NCBI GenBank assembly: GCA_965202585.1
Contig: OZ241827.1
Span: forward strand, 25,048,001 to 25,112,000
Source: Thalia democratica
Lineage: Eukaryota
DNA length: 64,000 bases
Reading direction: 5' to 3'
Shown here: piece by piece, positions 35,301 to 50,200 of the stretch
Numbering within the stretch: the stretch's first letter is position 1
Layout of the letters: every line of letters begins with the position of its first letter
Program-made: the position numbers and the translations under genes
The notes under the pieces: model-generated
Database searches by the model: none
What the model was told of the DNA's origin: nothing
What the model saw: only the letters and a program-made list of their open reading frames with translations

Positions 35301-38300
35301 CTTTTATCCAAGGTTCTACATATATTTGAAAATTATGGAAAAGATGTTTAAAACAAAGCAACAATCTCTTAAAATTTTGCATTTATAGTCAGTTGATTAA
35401 TTTTATTTTTGCTTCAGATGATAGTATTAGTAATTATTACAAATGTAACGTTTTTTTATAAATATTTTGTACATTAAAAACTACAAATTATAATCGTTTA
35501 CATGATCTAATTTTATTAATATTTTAAAAAAATTTTTATTATAGTGTTACAAACTTTAAGTACGTTGATAAATCAAAGCTTAAAACAATAAGCGATATTA
35601 ACTTAAAAGCTACAATTTTGTTTTCATTTTTTTTATTCGTTTTCGTTTTAAAACGTCTTTTAATTTGCACAATGTTCTTCGAGTTTCGAAAAGTGTTAAA
35701 ATTTTTAGAACTTTTTTTTAGTTAATAAGAGACTATTTAGTAGTTTTAATTATTTAAGTAGTTTTAATGAACTTTTTGTCGATTTACTTTACGTTTGATT
35801 GTATCAAGCAAATATTGATGTAAATAATGTTAAATTAATTTAAAAGTACTATAGAAAATAGTGTTACAGTAGATAAAAAGTATATTTTTAGCATTTTACA
35901 TTTTCGATGTTGTTATATTGTTTTTTTTTGAAAACTCTGCTTAGCACTCCTCTATATATTTATAAAACATTTATTAAATCTTTTTTTTTTTTTTTTTAAG
36001 TTTAAGTTTTTGCGATAAAATATCTTAAAGTCTGACTTCATTGTTTATTATTGTCTTAACTAAAGTATTTGTGACTAAACTTTAAAAAAAGACAGAAAAA
36101 TACCTTAATACTTTAAAACCAGATAGAAATAACTTAAATTGTTTTTTGACAGCAAAATTCAGCGAAAATATTGTGCATGACAATTTTGAAAAACATTTTG
36201 TCTGGCGGCGTTTACTGCGCAGTGTTTATGCAATAACATTTTAATAAACATGATGTTTTATAACAACTCGCATAGCTTTGTTTATGAAACAAGGTTTAGT
36301 TGTAAACAGATAAAGCATTACTTTTGCAAGAAACAAACTTTTCAAGACTTTTTTTTGTGTATTATAAATCAAACTTTTCAAAACAAGGAAGCTAAATCAT
36401 TGTATGTTTTTTAGTCTTTCATCATACAACAATGCTGAAATTAACTTTTGTTGTATAGTAAAACTTGTTTTACTATTTTTCTGCTTTTAGCCAAAAATCC
36501 TATTCATTCTTTTTTAATTGTACTGTTTCAAATTAACTTTGTTTTATTTTTGTTACAAAATTTCAAATACTAAAAAAGCTGTTAGTTCTAAGTAAAAAGC
36601 CAAAAGCTTCTTTTTAGTCTTAAAATTTAAATCAAATAGCTCATTTGAAGGCTTGAATAGTTATGCAGCAAACGACTTTACAGTTGCATGAAATATATAT
36701 TTTTTTGTATATCACAAAAAATGTTTATTTTTGCATTTCGCAGAAAAACGCATGCAAATTTTGCCTGCAAAAAGCATGCAAGCAAAAAAACACACTTTCT
36801 CCTTCGCACAAGCTTCCTTTCAAAACCTCGGCAGCTTCAAGTGCTGGCCGTTTGTTTCGCGAAACTTTCTTGTGTGCAGACGTTCTGCGGTGTACAAATG
36901 GCACGTCATTAGCTTGGTTTACTTTTTTCTCGTGACGTAAGAATGGACACGCGGATTTCTCGAGCATCAAGGTTTACTTTTTCCATAAACATTTTTACGA
37001 CTTCACTTTGCATAGTTTAAATTTTACCAAAAAAGTAGCACTAAAACGTATTTTTATTTTCTTTCTTTTAATAAAATAAAAAATTAAACAAAATAAGTAT
37101 AAAAATTTTGAACTAAAAATAAAAAAACTGCTTACTTTAAAGAGTTTTCTGAATATAATTCAATACCTTGTAAAAACTTGTTTAAAAGCAAAAATTATTT
37201 GAAAAAAATAGTAAAATGATGAAAATAAAATCTATTCAAAATAATTTTTCGCACAAAAATGTATAATATTGACATACAAAGAGATGTTTTTAAGTAACTA
37301 GATGTCTCAAAAAATCTCTCTTTTTACCGCTTGGATTTAGATGAAAGACACTTGCCAAAAAAGTAAATTCCCTAAACTTTCTATGAAGTCTTGCGTATTT
37401 TTTCTGAATCATTTTCTGCTGACAGTATTACTGAGTCATGTGAGCATTTTCAAGTGGCTCAAAGCCTCAAAGAGCAATCACAAAAACAATTTGTACATCT
37501 GATTATTAACAAAAGGCCGCAGTCAGCAGACTTATCTAAAAATATGCAGCGCTGAACAAAAACCGAACAGCATTTTTTGAGTGCAAAAAGTCACTGGAAA
37601 CGGAAATGATACAAATAAATGTGTGTTTATTTTAAGCTAATTTTCGCCGTGTGTTTTTGTTTCTTTCACATGCTTGTTTCACGCTCGAGTCTCGCGAGCT
37701 TGTTTTGCAAGAAGCTCGTTTTGTCAACACACACAATACACATCTCAGTTTGCGGCCGGATCGAAACCGCAGCTTTTTTTTTTTTTAGTTTTTCTTATTA
37801 GCCGCCGCGGCGCCCAGGAAAATTGTGAAGGTGATTTCAACGAAATTAAGCAAAATATTTGTTTACCTCTCTGTGTCGAAAAACAATATTAGCAGGCTAC
37901 TTCAAATTAAAACCTGGTAGACTGCCTCTCATTAAGGCGCAGATAAAATTAATTATTTTAGTAAACGACGACATTTGTAAGTAAAGCTGATTTTGAAAGG
38001 TAGGTTTAATAACGCTTAATTTGTTGTTTTTTCATTAAAAGTTGATGTTGAGGAAAAATGTTTTAAATCTGAAAATTTCAGTCGTATTTTATGGACACTT
38101 GATAAATTTTTGAAGCTTGGCGTGTGGCATAAAAACACATATGTCCGGTGCAAAGTGCATAATCGGGTTTGCAATGAAATATGCAAAACAACTTTATTTT
38201 CTTTTCATTTCGCCTGTTAACAAGCTTAAATGTCGTCAACCTCTGACCTCTACGACTCAATGAAAGTGGTCTGATTAAAGCATAAAAAACAGCACATTTT

Positions 38301-41276
38301 TGCCATTGTTCAGTTCTTTTTCATATTCGTAAACTTTTAAACTTTTGTGTAAAAAATTGACTTTTTGTATTTCGTAAAGTTTTTCAACTTCTACCTGCTT
38401 TTACAGGCTGAAAAAGTCGTCTTTTTGCAACATAAAAAGAAGATTCTCGCTCTGAAAACATTTTTTCAATTTTCAAGTTTTTCTCGCGAAGCGACCGCGT
38501 GATATGTGTGCTGCTTGAAAAGCAGAGAAGAAAAAAGGAAGCGAGTTAGTTGGTGAAGTTGGTGCGTCGCTGCTTATTCGAGTTTGGGTGAGATACAGCT
38601 AACATGTGGGTCAAAATTTGGGCTCAGACAGTTATTTTGTTTTGGTTATTTGTTTTTTGTTGTCTTTATGATTTTCTAAGCTATTTAAATATAAATTTTT
38701 TGTTTTTAATTTTTGTTCTTGCAGAAATTGTATGCGCTTTGAATTAATACATTTTAAAGTTTTGTTTAAATAGCTTAGCAGCATAGAATAGAGTTTACTT
38801 ATTTGATACATATAAAAAATAAGAAGAACTTTATAGTAAACATACATTCTAACTAAAACATATAAAAATTATGAAACTATTAAAAAAGATTTTAATTTTA
38901 TATAAGTTCTAAAAATTAAAAAAGTTAAGTGATTTTTTACAAACTTTTCTGAGTTTGGAAGCGTAAAATATACGTTTTAAACTCACTTATGATAGCAAGG
39001 CTTATTTATAAAAAAGGTTTGAGGCGTCAAAGTTAAGAAAAAAGTAGCTATGTTTTAAACTTGTATAAGTTTTGCTTTATTTTAAATATTGGCGTACATA
39101 AAAAAAAAAATTTGAAACTAATAGAAATACTCGAACATATCGGCTTCAGAATAAATCCATCATATATGCATTTTATTACTTCATTAGGTTATTCTTGTAG
39201 CCAAACACCTGGTCTGAAGGTTTTTCCAGTTTTCAGGACAATATTAGCAGCGACAAAACTTACGTGTTGAAAGTTGTGGCGATCAGCACAGCTTTGCACA
39301 ACGCAAACCAATGGGTGGATTCAACAAGCGGAACCTGCAAATTGCTTTCAAAGACTTCCGTGTTTCTGAGATGAGAGATAAATTACTCGATGCTCGGCCA
39401 GCAGTTTTTTTTTTTCAATGAACACTTAAAAAGCGACATATAAGGCTTTATATAAGAGTGTTGGTCGTGTACTCGTATGTAGTAAACTTTAAACTATTTT
39501 TTTTAAACTGTTTTTTAAAACTGTCTAATCTGCCTTTAGACTTTAAGCCGTGATTAATTACCTTATATAACAAATAAAAACTTTAAAATTTCATCACACT
39601 GAGTATTGCACTAAAGTTTCCGTGCCAGGAAGTGTCAGAAGGCAGTTACAAACAGCCCACCGCTAATCTTAATAAACACACGAAAAACTTCCTAGAAAAC
39701 AACAGAAGCAGCAGCAGCAGCTTATCGAACTGCATGCATGTCATCGTGTCGCAACGATTTCTTATGTAATTTTCTTTAATCGCGCAAAGCTGTGACGTTA
39801 TGTAATGCGAAATCTCACGAAAGTCGCATGCAAAACAACCTAGAGCGCAGAGAGACTGCAGTTTTGAAGTCGGTGTTTGAGAAAAGAGCGTCAGGCATGC
39901 ATTCTATTTGTGCATTCCTAATGTTTCGAAAGGAAAACTGTTATGCAACGGTGAAATTTTAGAGGAGAGAGCTTATTGCTCGGCTGATAAATTATATATA
40001 TATATATATTTGAAGAATTGGTTTCATCGAAAACTGCCTCTCAGAACTAATATGACCACGATATAGTGTGACAGATACGAATTTAATCCGTAAGTTGTTG
40101 CGCAACCAGTTATTTTGTTATTTAAGTTTTTTGTTTAAAGTAGATTAACTTTGATTTCAACTTTGTCATTTTCTTTCATACTAGACTTAAAATGCATACA
40201 AAACTGCTACACTTTTGCTTAGTCATTTATTAGTTTACCAAAGTAAATTTATTTGTCATTAAACTCATGCAACTAACAACTTGTTTAAACTATAGAATAT
40301 ATAATATATGTAATACCTTTAAAATACTTGTTGCAATATTTTTATTTAGAAAGACTCAAAGCAAATCGATCACAAGACTTTTGCAAAAAATCTTTTTTTT
40401 TTGTTTTTTGTTGACAGTAAACACTATCAACGAGTTTTTATACGCATGAAGCAAAATAACAACTTGCTTGAGTATTTGGGTTAATTTACCGCGTTTAAAG
40501 TGTTACGAAACTGAAAATAGAGAAAAAACTAACAGTTAATCAGCTTACGTTTTCTTTATCTTATTTAAAAATTAAGCAGCATTTTTTGAAGTTTATTTAA
40601 ATTTCATGCTCAGCCAATTTTATGCATAAAAAAAAACTTTATTGAAAAAAGCGCAGCAAAAATGCGGAAGTCTTCTTATGTCACGCGCTCAGCAAAACAG
40701 TCCGTCTTACGTAACCAGCTGCTTTTGTAACCTTCCGCACGACTAAACCACTTCCAATAGCCTTGCAGCTCTTCATGCGCTGCTAAAGTGTGAATTAAAG
40801 CCGAATGTTTTGCACTGATAGTATCTGCTTGTGCGGTTTTCGTTGACGATTCGTAGTAAGTTTTGTTGGCTGTTACACAAGCAGCAACGTAACAGGCGTT
40901 GTAAGTCTGTGAACTAACAGTGAAGCGTCTGCAGTAAAAACAAAGCTTAATTAAGTAAAATTTAAGCTCTGTAGACTAATAAACTTAATTGATTTAAAAA
41001 CTTAAACTCTGCACAAACTTATGTAAGTATCAGTTTACGCGAGTTCGGATGTTTTTCTAGAAAAGTTCTTAACTTAATGCAGGTGGCATTTTGCGTTTAA
41101 AGTTACAAATCGAAGAAGTAAACAAAGCTGCAAATATAATTAGTAATAAACAAAAATTTAACTAAAAAAATAAACTTTTTTATTTTCAACTCAAAAAAAA
41201 TTGCAACAGATTTATAAGCTGCTTTTAAACTGTTCTAAAAACAAACACCAAGAGAATAACAAAGAGCCGTACAATC

Positions 41277-44200
41277 ATGGAGAGAGACTTTTTCGTCATC
41301 AATTGCCCCGATGAAAACATGAAGGACCGAATAAAGGATTTGAACAAGTTTAGATTAAGTGGACTCTTTTGTGATCTGCGCATTATTGTGAAGAATAATG
41401 AGTACAGGGTCGGTTTTGTTGCACAATAAATAACTAAATAGCTCGCCTTGCATTGACCGCTATCAATATAAATGCCCCGTGTTTGCTGAAAAACTTGACT
41501 ATTGCTTTAAATATTTTGGCTGTTTTTTTTTTGATTTTAAACCAAATTTACAATGGCTTTGCTTTTACAGATTAACTTAGCTCTAAAACTCGTAGTACAA
41601 AAAAATGTTAAATATGTATACAGCTAATCAATAACTTCGAACTAAAAACGTATTTATAAATAAAAAAATAATTAGTTTGAACCTAATCAGTTTTCTTCTG
41701 CATAGGCACACAAGTCTGTAATTGCCACTGCGAGTGATTTCCTCTTCAACCAGCTGAAGGAGAAAGAAGGTTCGCAGCAGAGAGGAGTCCACCCGATGAC
41801 CACCATCACTCTGGACCAGCTGAACTCGGCGGGCTTCAAACCGCTCCTGGAGTACATTTACACGGGAGTGCTGTCAATCAAGCTGGGAAACATATTCGAC
41901 GTTTTAGCAGCTTCCAGCTATTTGCAGATGTTCGAGGTGAGTAATTAGTGCTAAGTTTTAAAACTAGTTTTTTCATTAAACAAGACACATAAAACAACTT
42001 TTTAAAGGTCTCAAGGAAAATTCAGCAGCACTGCAGTCAGGTGTACCAGCAAAACAGCTTCACACAAATGCTGTCAAGAATATTCAACCAAGCGCTTGTA
42101 CCACCCCATCTGATGCCCGGGTGAGTATTTTTTGAAAGCCTTATTTGGTGAAAAATACAAAAATAACTTATTTCTACCTGAGTCTGTTTTTTCAAGATCT
42201 GTTTATAAAATCAAACATGAACAGAATGCCACCAGCATTCAACATTCAACACCAGCTTCCTCATCACATCCCTCCTCCATCAAACGCGGACGCCCTTGCT
42301 GCTGCTTCCATTCTAGGGGGATTCCCCCAACCGCAACACAACGAAAAGCTGGCCACGATTCAGAACACGCTGCACCTTCAGCAGGAAAAGCAGCACCTTG
42401 GCCAGTTGTACCCGGGACACGGGCAACCGAAACTGGACATGGCGGGAAACTTGGACCAAATCGACCCGGTCATGTTGGAACGAATGAGGCAGTACGCTGG
42501 TTTGTTTTTTAGAGTTTTGTTATATTTAAACATAATTTTTAAGTTTGAAGTTTTTAATAGCTACCGAATCCAACTATATCTAATCACTTAAAAGTGAAAC
42601 AACTTCAGGTGTAAAACCGCTGCAAACAGACTACAAACAAAAAGGCAGTCGAAAACACGACTTCGAGCAATCTCAGGCCGAAGCTTGCCACCAACACGCA
42701 TCGACGCCAAACAAACTTTCAGTGCCGACTATTCAGGACAAAAAGGTTAAAACGGACCATCACGCGAGTGCACTAGTAGACAGCCGGAAAGACCGCCCGA
42801 GTTCAGCCGATGACATTAACTCTAAAAAGCACAAGCTTTGTAAGTTTTAATGAAATTTTGTAATGATTGTTTAAAAGATAGTTAATTGGGTTTGTGCACA
42901 GGCAACATCTCAGCCAAATCCGAGACAAACTCGGTCTCCTCAGGTGAACTGGAAAACGTCAAGGTGAAGAGAAACAAGAGCTGCGACGACCGGGTTCACC
43001 AAGTGCCGCGTTGCTACGAAAACGAACCCAACACCAACAACTGCAACAACAAGGTCGCCCTCGAAAGTTCTTTTGAGGGAGCACGGCGGGAGCGCTTGAA
43101 ATCCTCAGGTTCGTGTTCAATTCTTCTTAAAACACCTCCTTAATTGAACTTGCTTTGTGTGCATTTGACTTTTGCCGTTGTGAAAATTCCTTCCGCTCTC
43201 GACGTGAAGGGTCACAAACATTAAGTATTGCACTTTTAACACCATTTCAGCCGCCTCACGCCAATATGTCATCGTTTGCTCGAAGCTTGTTTACATAGGC
43301 AAATAAGGCGACTTATGCTGAATAAGATCTGTTTATAATTTGAATTCAGTTTAATTTAATAGTACAAAAAATATACTGGTTTCAACTTGAATTGCTAGCT
43401 TTTCGACTTAAGATTTGGATTTAAGTTGTTTCAAAGTTTTTTTATTAATTCTTTTTTTTATATATAAGACGCGTAGAAGTTAAAAAGTATAGAAAAATAT
43501 ATTTTACTGTTAGCTTTTACTACAAATCATTGTTTTAGTTAAATAGGTTAGAAACTTAATTTGAAACATTTATACTTTTTCTTTTGAAAGCAATGAAAAA
43601 AAAATTTAGAAACCAAAAGTCTGACAAAAAGCTTAGTTTATTTAAAATTTACTCCTTTTTAATCTCACACACGTTAGGTAGTACTGCCAGCACTTGACTA
43701 TTTTATTACTGTCTGGTTTGAAGCCGTTTCCTGCTTTGCCAGCGACAATAAGAACTTTTTCGACTTCGCACCCTGCAACCACTTGTGCGGCGTCTCACCA
43801 GCACTCTCGCTAATTTCTTCCGGCTTCAGAAGGATATTTGAAAGTTTTCTGCCAGCAGCAAGTCGCACGAAGGTCACGTGGCAAATTCTGATGCTGAACG
43901 GCTGCCTTTTGTCGATCGCAGTTCGTTGAAAAACCGATGCTCGACGAACAAAAGTTGCTGCGTCGGCCCATTGTGTTGCGGACCGTGCCGTTGTCCGGTT
44001 GTGTGCCACGAGCGCAGGAAAATAAGCCCTCTTCATATGCATATTTATCATAACACACGCGAACAATGAACGCGAACCCCGCGCATATAACAGAGCTCAT
44101 TGCATTCAATGCACAGCGGGCGACCCTTTCTAACGTTTTCTTCGGCTCTTTATACGCTCTGTGTTCGTTTTGTTAACAAAGGGTGCAACAGGAAAAGGCT

Positions 44201-47200
44201 CATATTTTGTGTGTACTTGTGTTGAATAGACGAGGCATGAACGAAAAGGTAAAGGCAAACCGTTTTGTTGTTTCCAAAAGCTTGCCACGAAACCGCAGTT
44301 CCATAGAAACTGCAGCAGCGAGCATCTTAAGTTTTTCCAGTAGATTGACCGTTTTTCAATAAAAAGTTTTGTTTTTGGTGAACTTGCTTCGATTTTTTTT
44401 ACAAATTAATTACACGATTATTTAGTAGTTTCCTTTCGCATGCCTTGAGCAGATAGCAAAAATTTTGAATAGTTCGGCGGCATCACAAAAGCATTGAAAT
44501 TAAAGTTTCACAAACTGCAACTACTATGAATAAGATGATATGTTGAATAAACAATGCTTTTCGTTTCAACCACTTCCTCATATTACTTGCATAATCATTT
44601 TTTCAACTTTTTATGCCTTTAGGTCTTCTTATATAACTCACGATTCTTTATGTAACTCACGATTCTTTATATAACTAACACTGGATTCTACAATTCCGAA
44701 AGCGGACGAAAACAAGGCTTGAAGGCATTTTTGCACACGTGATAAAAATGTTTAAAATAGCTTATAATTTTTCAGATAACTTTATTTTAAAGGTTTGGCA
44801 ACCATGATTACTTAGCACACGCTACGAACGTACATAAGTTTTCGCAAAGCGTTTTCTTTAGATTTTGAAAAAAGAACACATGATTAATGATAATTTTGTT
44901 GTAAAAGGTGTTACGCCAGCCTATTAAGTAAGTATGCAGTTTTCTTCAAATAAACATTTAACACATCAAATTCACACGGCAACCTGTATTTAAATACGCC
45001 TCAGTTTATTACCAAACCACACTAACTTAATTTTTCAGCGCTTAAACCGTAATTGTTTTTTACCAACAATTCCAAATCTCTTTTCAAACATCAGCGTTCT
45101 GTTTGGATTAAAAAAAACAGTTTAAGTTTGATTTTGGAATTTCCTGTAATTAAGCTTGCCATTGTCTAATTGAAGTGGATGCAGATGTGCTGTCCTGCTT
45201 AAATCCAAATTGCTGCCCGGCGAAACAATGGGCCGGGTGCATTCAGTTTGCCACTCGACATTTGGGCGCGCACCAGACAAACTACAGCAATTTCAAACCG
45301 GTTCAATGTAGCTGATGATTTCCTTGCACTTTTTATTTGGCTACTGTTAGCCTTTTTCGGCTTTGTTTGCTTGTTTGTTTGGCTTGCTGTTGAAAAGCTG
45401 TTCACTTTTGGTGTTTACCTTTTCTTTATCAGCCGTCTATTGAAAATAAGATAAATAAGTTGAAGCGCAGTTTTTTTTTTGTTACGTCACAAAAGCCGCT
45501 GCTTCTTTCATCTGTTGCGTGTTAATCAAATGCAAGGTTGATGTTTTCTTTTGGAGAAAAGTGTTTGGGGGTGTTGGTTGAAAGTTGGCCAAAGCTTTCT
45601 ATCTAAACATGAAATACCTCAGTTTACAAAAAAGATTTTAACTTAAAAGCTTGCACGCAATAAATTTTTATTTAAAGAAACATCAAATATTTTCTTATTC
45701 ACTAATCTTTTTTTCAGTATTTTATAATAAACTATAACATCGTTTCAAGTAACTTTTTAAAAGTTTAGTTTAATACACATCTGTTTTTGAGAAACGTTTT
45801 CATTTGAAATTTTTTACCAATTACTAATGTCATTCAATGAGTCTTTGCTTGCACACAAAATAAACCTAGCCCATTGTTAACTTTAGGACAAAAGCTTTGC
45901 CAGTTCATTGTCCACGCACGCATGACAAAAAGTTTTTAAAGTTTTTTTTTGCAATTTTTCATACCAAGTGCATGTTTGTTTTTAAAAGCAACAATTCACG
46001 TTCAGTAGTCAAATTCAAAAACCAACCAAACATTTTGTTACATTGCTTAATTTAAACTTTGCTGCACTTTTTCCTTATTAAGAACTTGTAAAAAGCAGTT
46101 CGTTATGAAAGAGACTTGTGAGGCTTTGCGACAACAAAAACGTTTTCTTCTCGGCTATTTTTAACGCCACTCTTGATCCTATTTTTGCATTGCGGTGAGG
46201 TCTTTTTAAAGCACAAGGCAACACGAGAAGAGGGTTCGCAAAAGGACATTCGAATTTTTAATTTCGGCCGCCCAAACACAGCGCATTGTGCTGAGCACCC
46301 TTGAAAATGCACCGTTCTCATTAAGCCGCCTTTATTCAAAAAGCGTTTTGCAGTCGGTTGTTGGCTGAGCTCGTTCGGCGTGTTGTTGTAAGTGCATTGT
46401 TGCCCGCGAGACCGAGTTCGACTTTCCCATGCAAAACATCGCCGCTGCAGAATTATTTGTGTTTCTCCTGTATTATACCTTTGGTTAACACCTAGCTCGT
46501 TGACTTTTCGAGGATCCGCGCTCATTGTTGAAGCTGGGTTGAGAGCGGAATTAGCTCGTTAGAATAAGTCCGTCACCGACGAGCTGCAAAGAAAATAGGG
46601 GGCTGATAGGCGATTGCGTGTGGGAAACAAATTAAAAGCTTGCAAGTAAACAAAAGGGGGTAATGTAAGCGAACGACGCGTTGGTCTGATAAAAAAGTCA
46701 TTGCATAAACCAGCTAAAAAAATTGTTTCAAAACGAGAAAATTTTATTCCAAAAGGAAGATAAACCAATCGATTGCTTGTTACAACACGCGAGAGGTGCA
46801 GAATAAACAAACTTTCACACCAAACAAAAACCAAGCTGCAGCAGATGACACGCGAACGCCACCGTGATCAATTCCGTGCCCTGCTCGTGAGGAACAGTAG
46901 CGAGTTGGCGGAATGGCGAACGCTCTGTTTGTTTTCAACACAAAAGGGCGTCTCGCCCACCAGATGCCCTTCAGATGGAAAAACGGCGGTCAGATACGAA
47001 GGTGTTTGCACATGACAACGCCGTTCATGCTTTTTGACGTGCAATAATGGATATTTCAATTTGTGCTTTTATTCTTTCGCATTGTCGACGCTTTTAGCAG
47101 CCTGCGCAGTTGCCAATGTCAATATTTTTAATCGATTAGCCTTTATTTATGTTTTTTGTAGTTTTTGCAAAAAGCGGTTGTGCACTCAATACATCACGAC

Positions 47201-50200
47201 ATTCTGCCTTTTTATGTTTGTATTTATTATTTTCAAATCAAAAAAACAGTCAATACGACAGTTTTATGCTACTAATGTTTTATTTTTAATGATTGTACCA
47301 AACTGTTTAACTTTAAAAAATAGGTGTATACGCTAAATAAAATCTACAAAAATAAAAAGTTTTAGTTTGAGAAATGTTAATTTTTCGAAATGATAGCTCT
47401 CACGTCGTTCAAACGCTAAAACAACATGGAAACACAAAATGTTTATCCAAAAAAAGCTGGGCAAGAAAAAACAATTAAGCCGACGATTGTTTGTGTAGGC
47501 ATGTGGTGAGGGGAAGCAAACAGCTTTCTTGTACTTTCAACACGCAGCTGAAAGCTCGATCCCTTCATGCATGACGCTTGCACTTTTGACTCGATCAAGT
47601 TGCCAGCACCGTCGTATTTACGTCAAAATTTCAACAAAAGTTTCAAGTTGCAACAAATTTTTAAAGTTAAAAGCGAAAATCACGCGCACTTGCACAAACC
47701 GTGGGTTTTCCCTCGCAGGCAAGGTTGGGGATTTTTCGTGATGCTTGAGTTCGGCGTCTCGTTCCAAGTAGCTGCTGCAGCCCCCCCCACTTTTCAGCCA
47801 GTCAGAAGGCGACAAATGTTCATCGGCAGCAGAAAACGCTCGCATGCAATTGAAGTGCGAGGAAGCGACACATGCCGAATCGGAATTTCCCCCCTTGAAA
47901 TGTTTTTGATGTGCAGAAGATTCTCGCTTATTACTCACGATGCTTCGGCCAATTATTCGAGCGTCACCAACTTGTACTCGACTGCGCTGAACCGCCGTCA
48001 AAAGAAGAAAGCGAAATGAAACATGTAGCTTTCAGATTGCATCGGACTCGTTCGAGTTTGTGTATTGAAAAAGCCAGCAAAGAAGGAAGTGAAAGCCGCA
48101 TTAAATATTCATGCCGCCTTTTATCGATGCAGCTTAAACGCGCGATCTCGTTGTAATTTGGGGAAACTTACATCGCGCCAGCTTGTTGTGCTGCGCTGCG
48201 ATTATCTGCCCGGTTACCATGGATACAGTTGCCAGGTAACACCGTCTGCAGGTGGTATATAAGCATTCTACAATCGGGCGTGTGCTTTGTTACGAAGTAC
48301 ACCCTGTTTCGTCTGTCATTGAAGCTAGCAGACATAAAATTTGTTGTCACAGAATACTTGACGCGCACAATTTGCATCGATTTTTGTTAAGCTTTAAAAA
48401 TTTTATCACATAAATCTCGTCGATTATCTACAGAAGCAATAAGAGTGACTGGTGCAAACAGTAATTTATAGTTTCCTGTAAATTTTGTATTTTTCAAGCT
48501 TGTTTGGTCGGAGCATCTGTTAAGTAATTAGTTTAGCGGTCGTTCCAATTAAATAAAAAGCCATTAAAAGATTACAAAAGCAAACGGCAGGCGTGTGGAG
48601 CATTTTAGTATCCGCTGTGTTTGCATATTAACCGGGCAGTATAAAGCAAAAGGACAACAAAAAAGGTATTCGCAGTTCACTGGCCTTGAAAAAACTCAAT
48701 AAGCTTCTTAATGACAGCAGCCGTTGTTGGCAGTACAAACAAATCGAACTCGAAGACTTTTGTCGGTGTTTGCCACTTGCACTCGTTAAAACCTGGTGCA
48801 CTTTTCTTGTTCGACAATTTAAATTGGCAAACAAGCAAACAAACAATCATGACAGGGAACAAACAAGATGATTTCGAAGAAATTTAAAGGCAGCTCGAGT
48901 GCACGCCATCAAAAAACACATTGCCGTCTTTTGATTGGCTGCGGCCGCTCGTAAAAGTGCTGTCTTTTTACGGCTTCTTATAAAAGCGGCACGCGTTTGT
49001 GTGAGCCTTCGGACAAACACAAGATGCAGCATAAGTGCGCCAACAACAAACGGTCGCGTGCCCGGGCTGAACGGCAGTAAATTTAATGACAACAAAACAA
49101 ACGCTTAGGGCTGGATATTTATGAGCTCATCTTTTAATACGCTCGTAATAACTTTTCGTTGGTCGCAAGCTCGGACTTGCCCGGTTATGACGCGCGCACC
49201 TGTGCAAGTTTGCACTGTGACGGCCAAGTCATCGCAATTAATGATTTTAATTTTTCGGCTTCTCAAACGATGATTTACAACCGGTAACTGGCCGGTGTGA
49301 TTATGACGTAACACCATGTTGGCAAACGGAAAAGCTTTCGAGTCGCAAATGTGTGCGTCACACGATCAAATCAGTCGAAAGCCCCTAATCCGGATTCTGT
49401 TACATAACACAAGAAAATCGATGTTGTATAAAAAAAACAAAAAAACAGTCTCCCGCCAAACGGCTCGCACGAACTTTCATTCATTATTTTTTTGCAGCCG
49501 TCGCCTTTTTCGTTTTCATTCATGCGGTTGCCATGCATGTGACTGCGGTTGCCATGCATGCTAATGTTACTACGCCGTTACTACGATGCAAGAGAACTAA
49601 GATTAGCGCGGCGCAGTTTGAAAAGCAAATTTTTTGTTTTCACGTTCGGTCTGTAACCTTTCCCGAGCACCACGAGACACGCCAGAAATAGTTTTGCGAA
49701 AATAAAATCAAACTTCGAATGAGCTGTTCTGGATGTAGTAAGCAGAAAAAGCTTACATCAGAGAAGGAAAAACTTTGGTTTGTTGCATAAGATGTTGGAA
49801 ATTGTTACGTGTACACACACACACACACACTGGAAAGGCTGCAAGCTGATTGATACAAATTCCGAACATCACGATCTACATGCTGTGATATTCGATGGCT
49901 GTTATGCAACAGCTTGTCTCCAATCAGCCCATTATTCAACGACGGCACCACCCATTTGTTTTGTTGTGAAGCAAAGCACTTTGCGTTTGCATTAAGAGCT
50001 TAAAGATGCTGTTTGAGATAATTAGCCAATTTATTTTGTTTATTGAAGTTAAGAATACAGTTTAAAGTTTTTTGTTTTGCAGTCAATGAAAAAACAATTT
50101 AAGTGAGAAGAAACATTACTGCTTTTATCTTTAATTGTTTCCTTTGCGTTTTAAAACGATATTTTCCACCCGGTCGGTTAGAATAAGCAGCTTAAAATGC

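Noticed and set aside
39604-39626. TATTGCACT miR-92-type seed (also at ~43225)
   Set aside because: Seed-only match, with no hairpin or 3' similarity.
39901-39912. ATTCTATTTG matching the start of the ascidian spliced leader
   Set aside because: Only 10 nt match, and neither the rest of the leader nor the following GT donor is present.
43700-43725. TATTACTGTCTGGT resembling miR-200/429
   Set aside because: The seed differs and no complementary arm forms a pre-miRNA hairpin.
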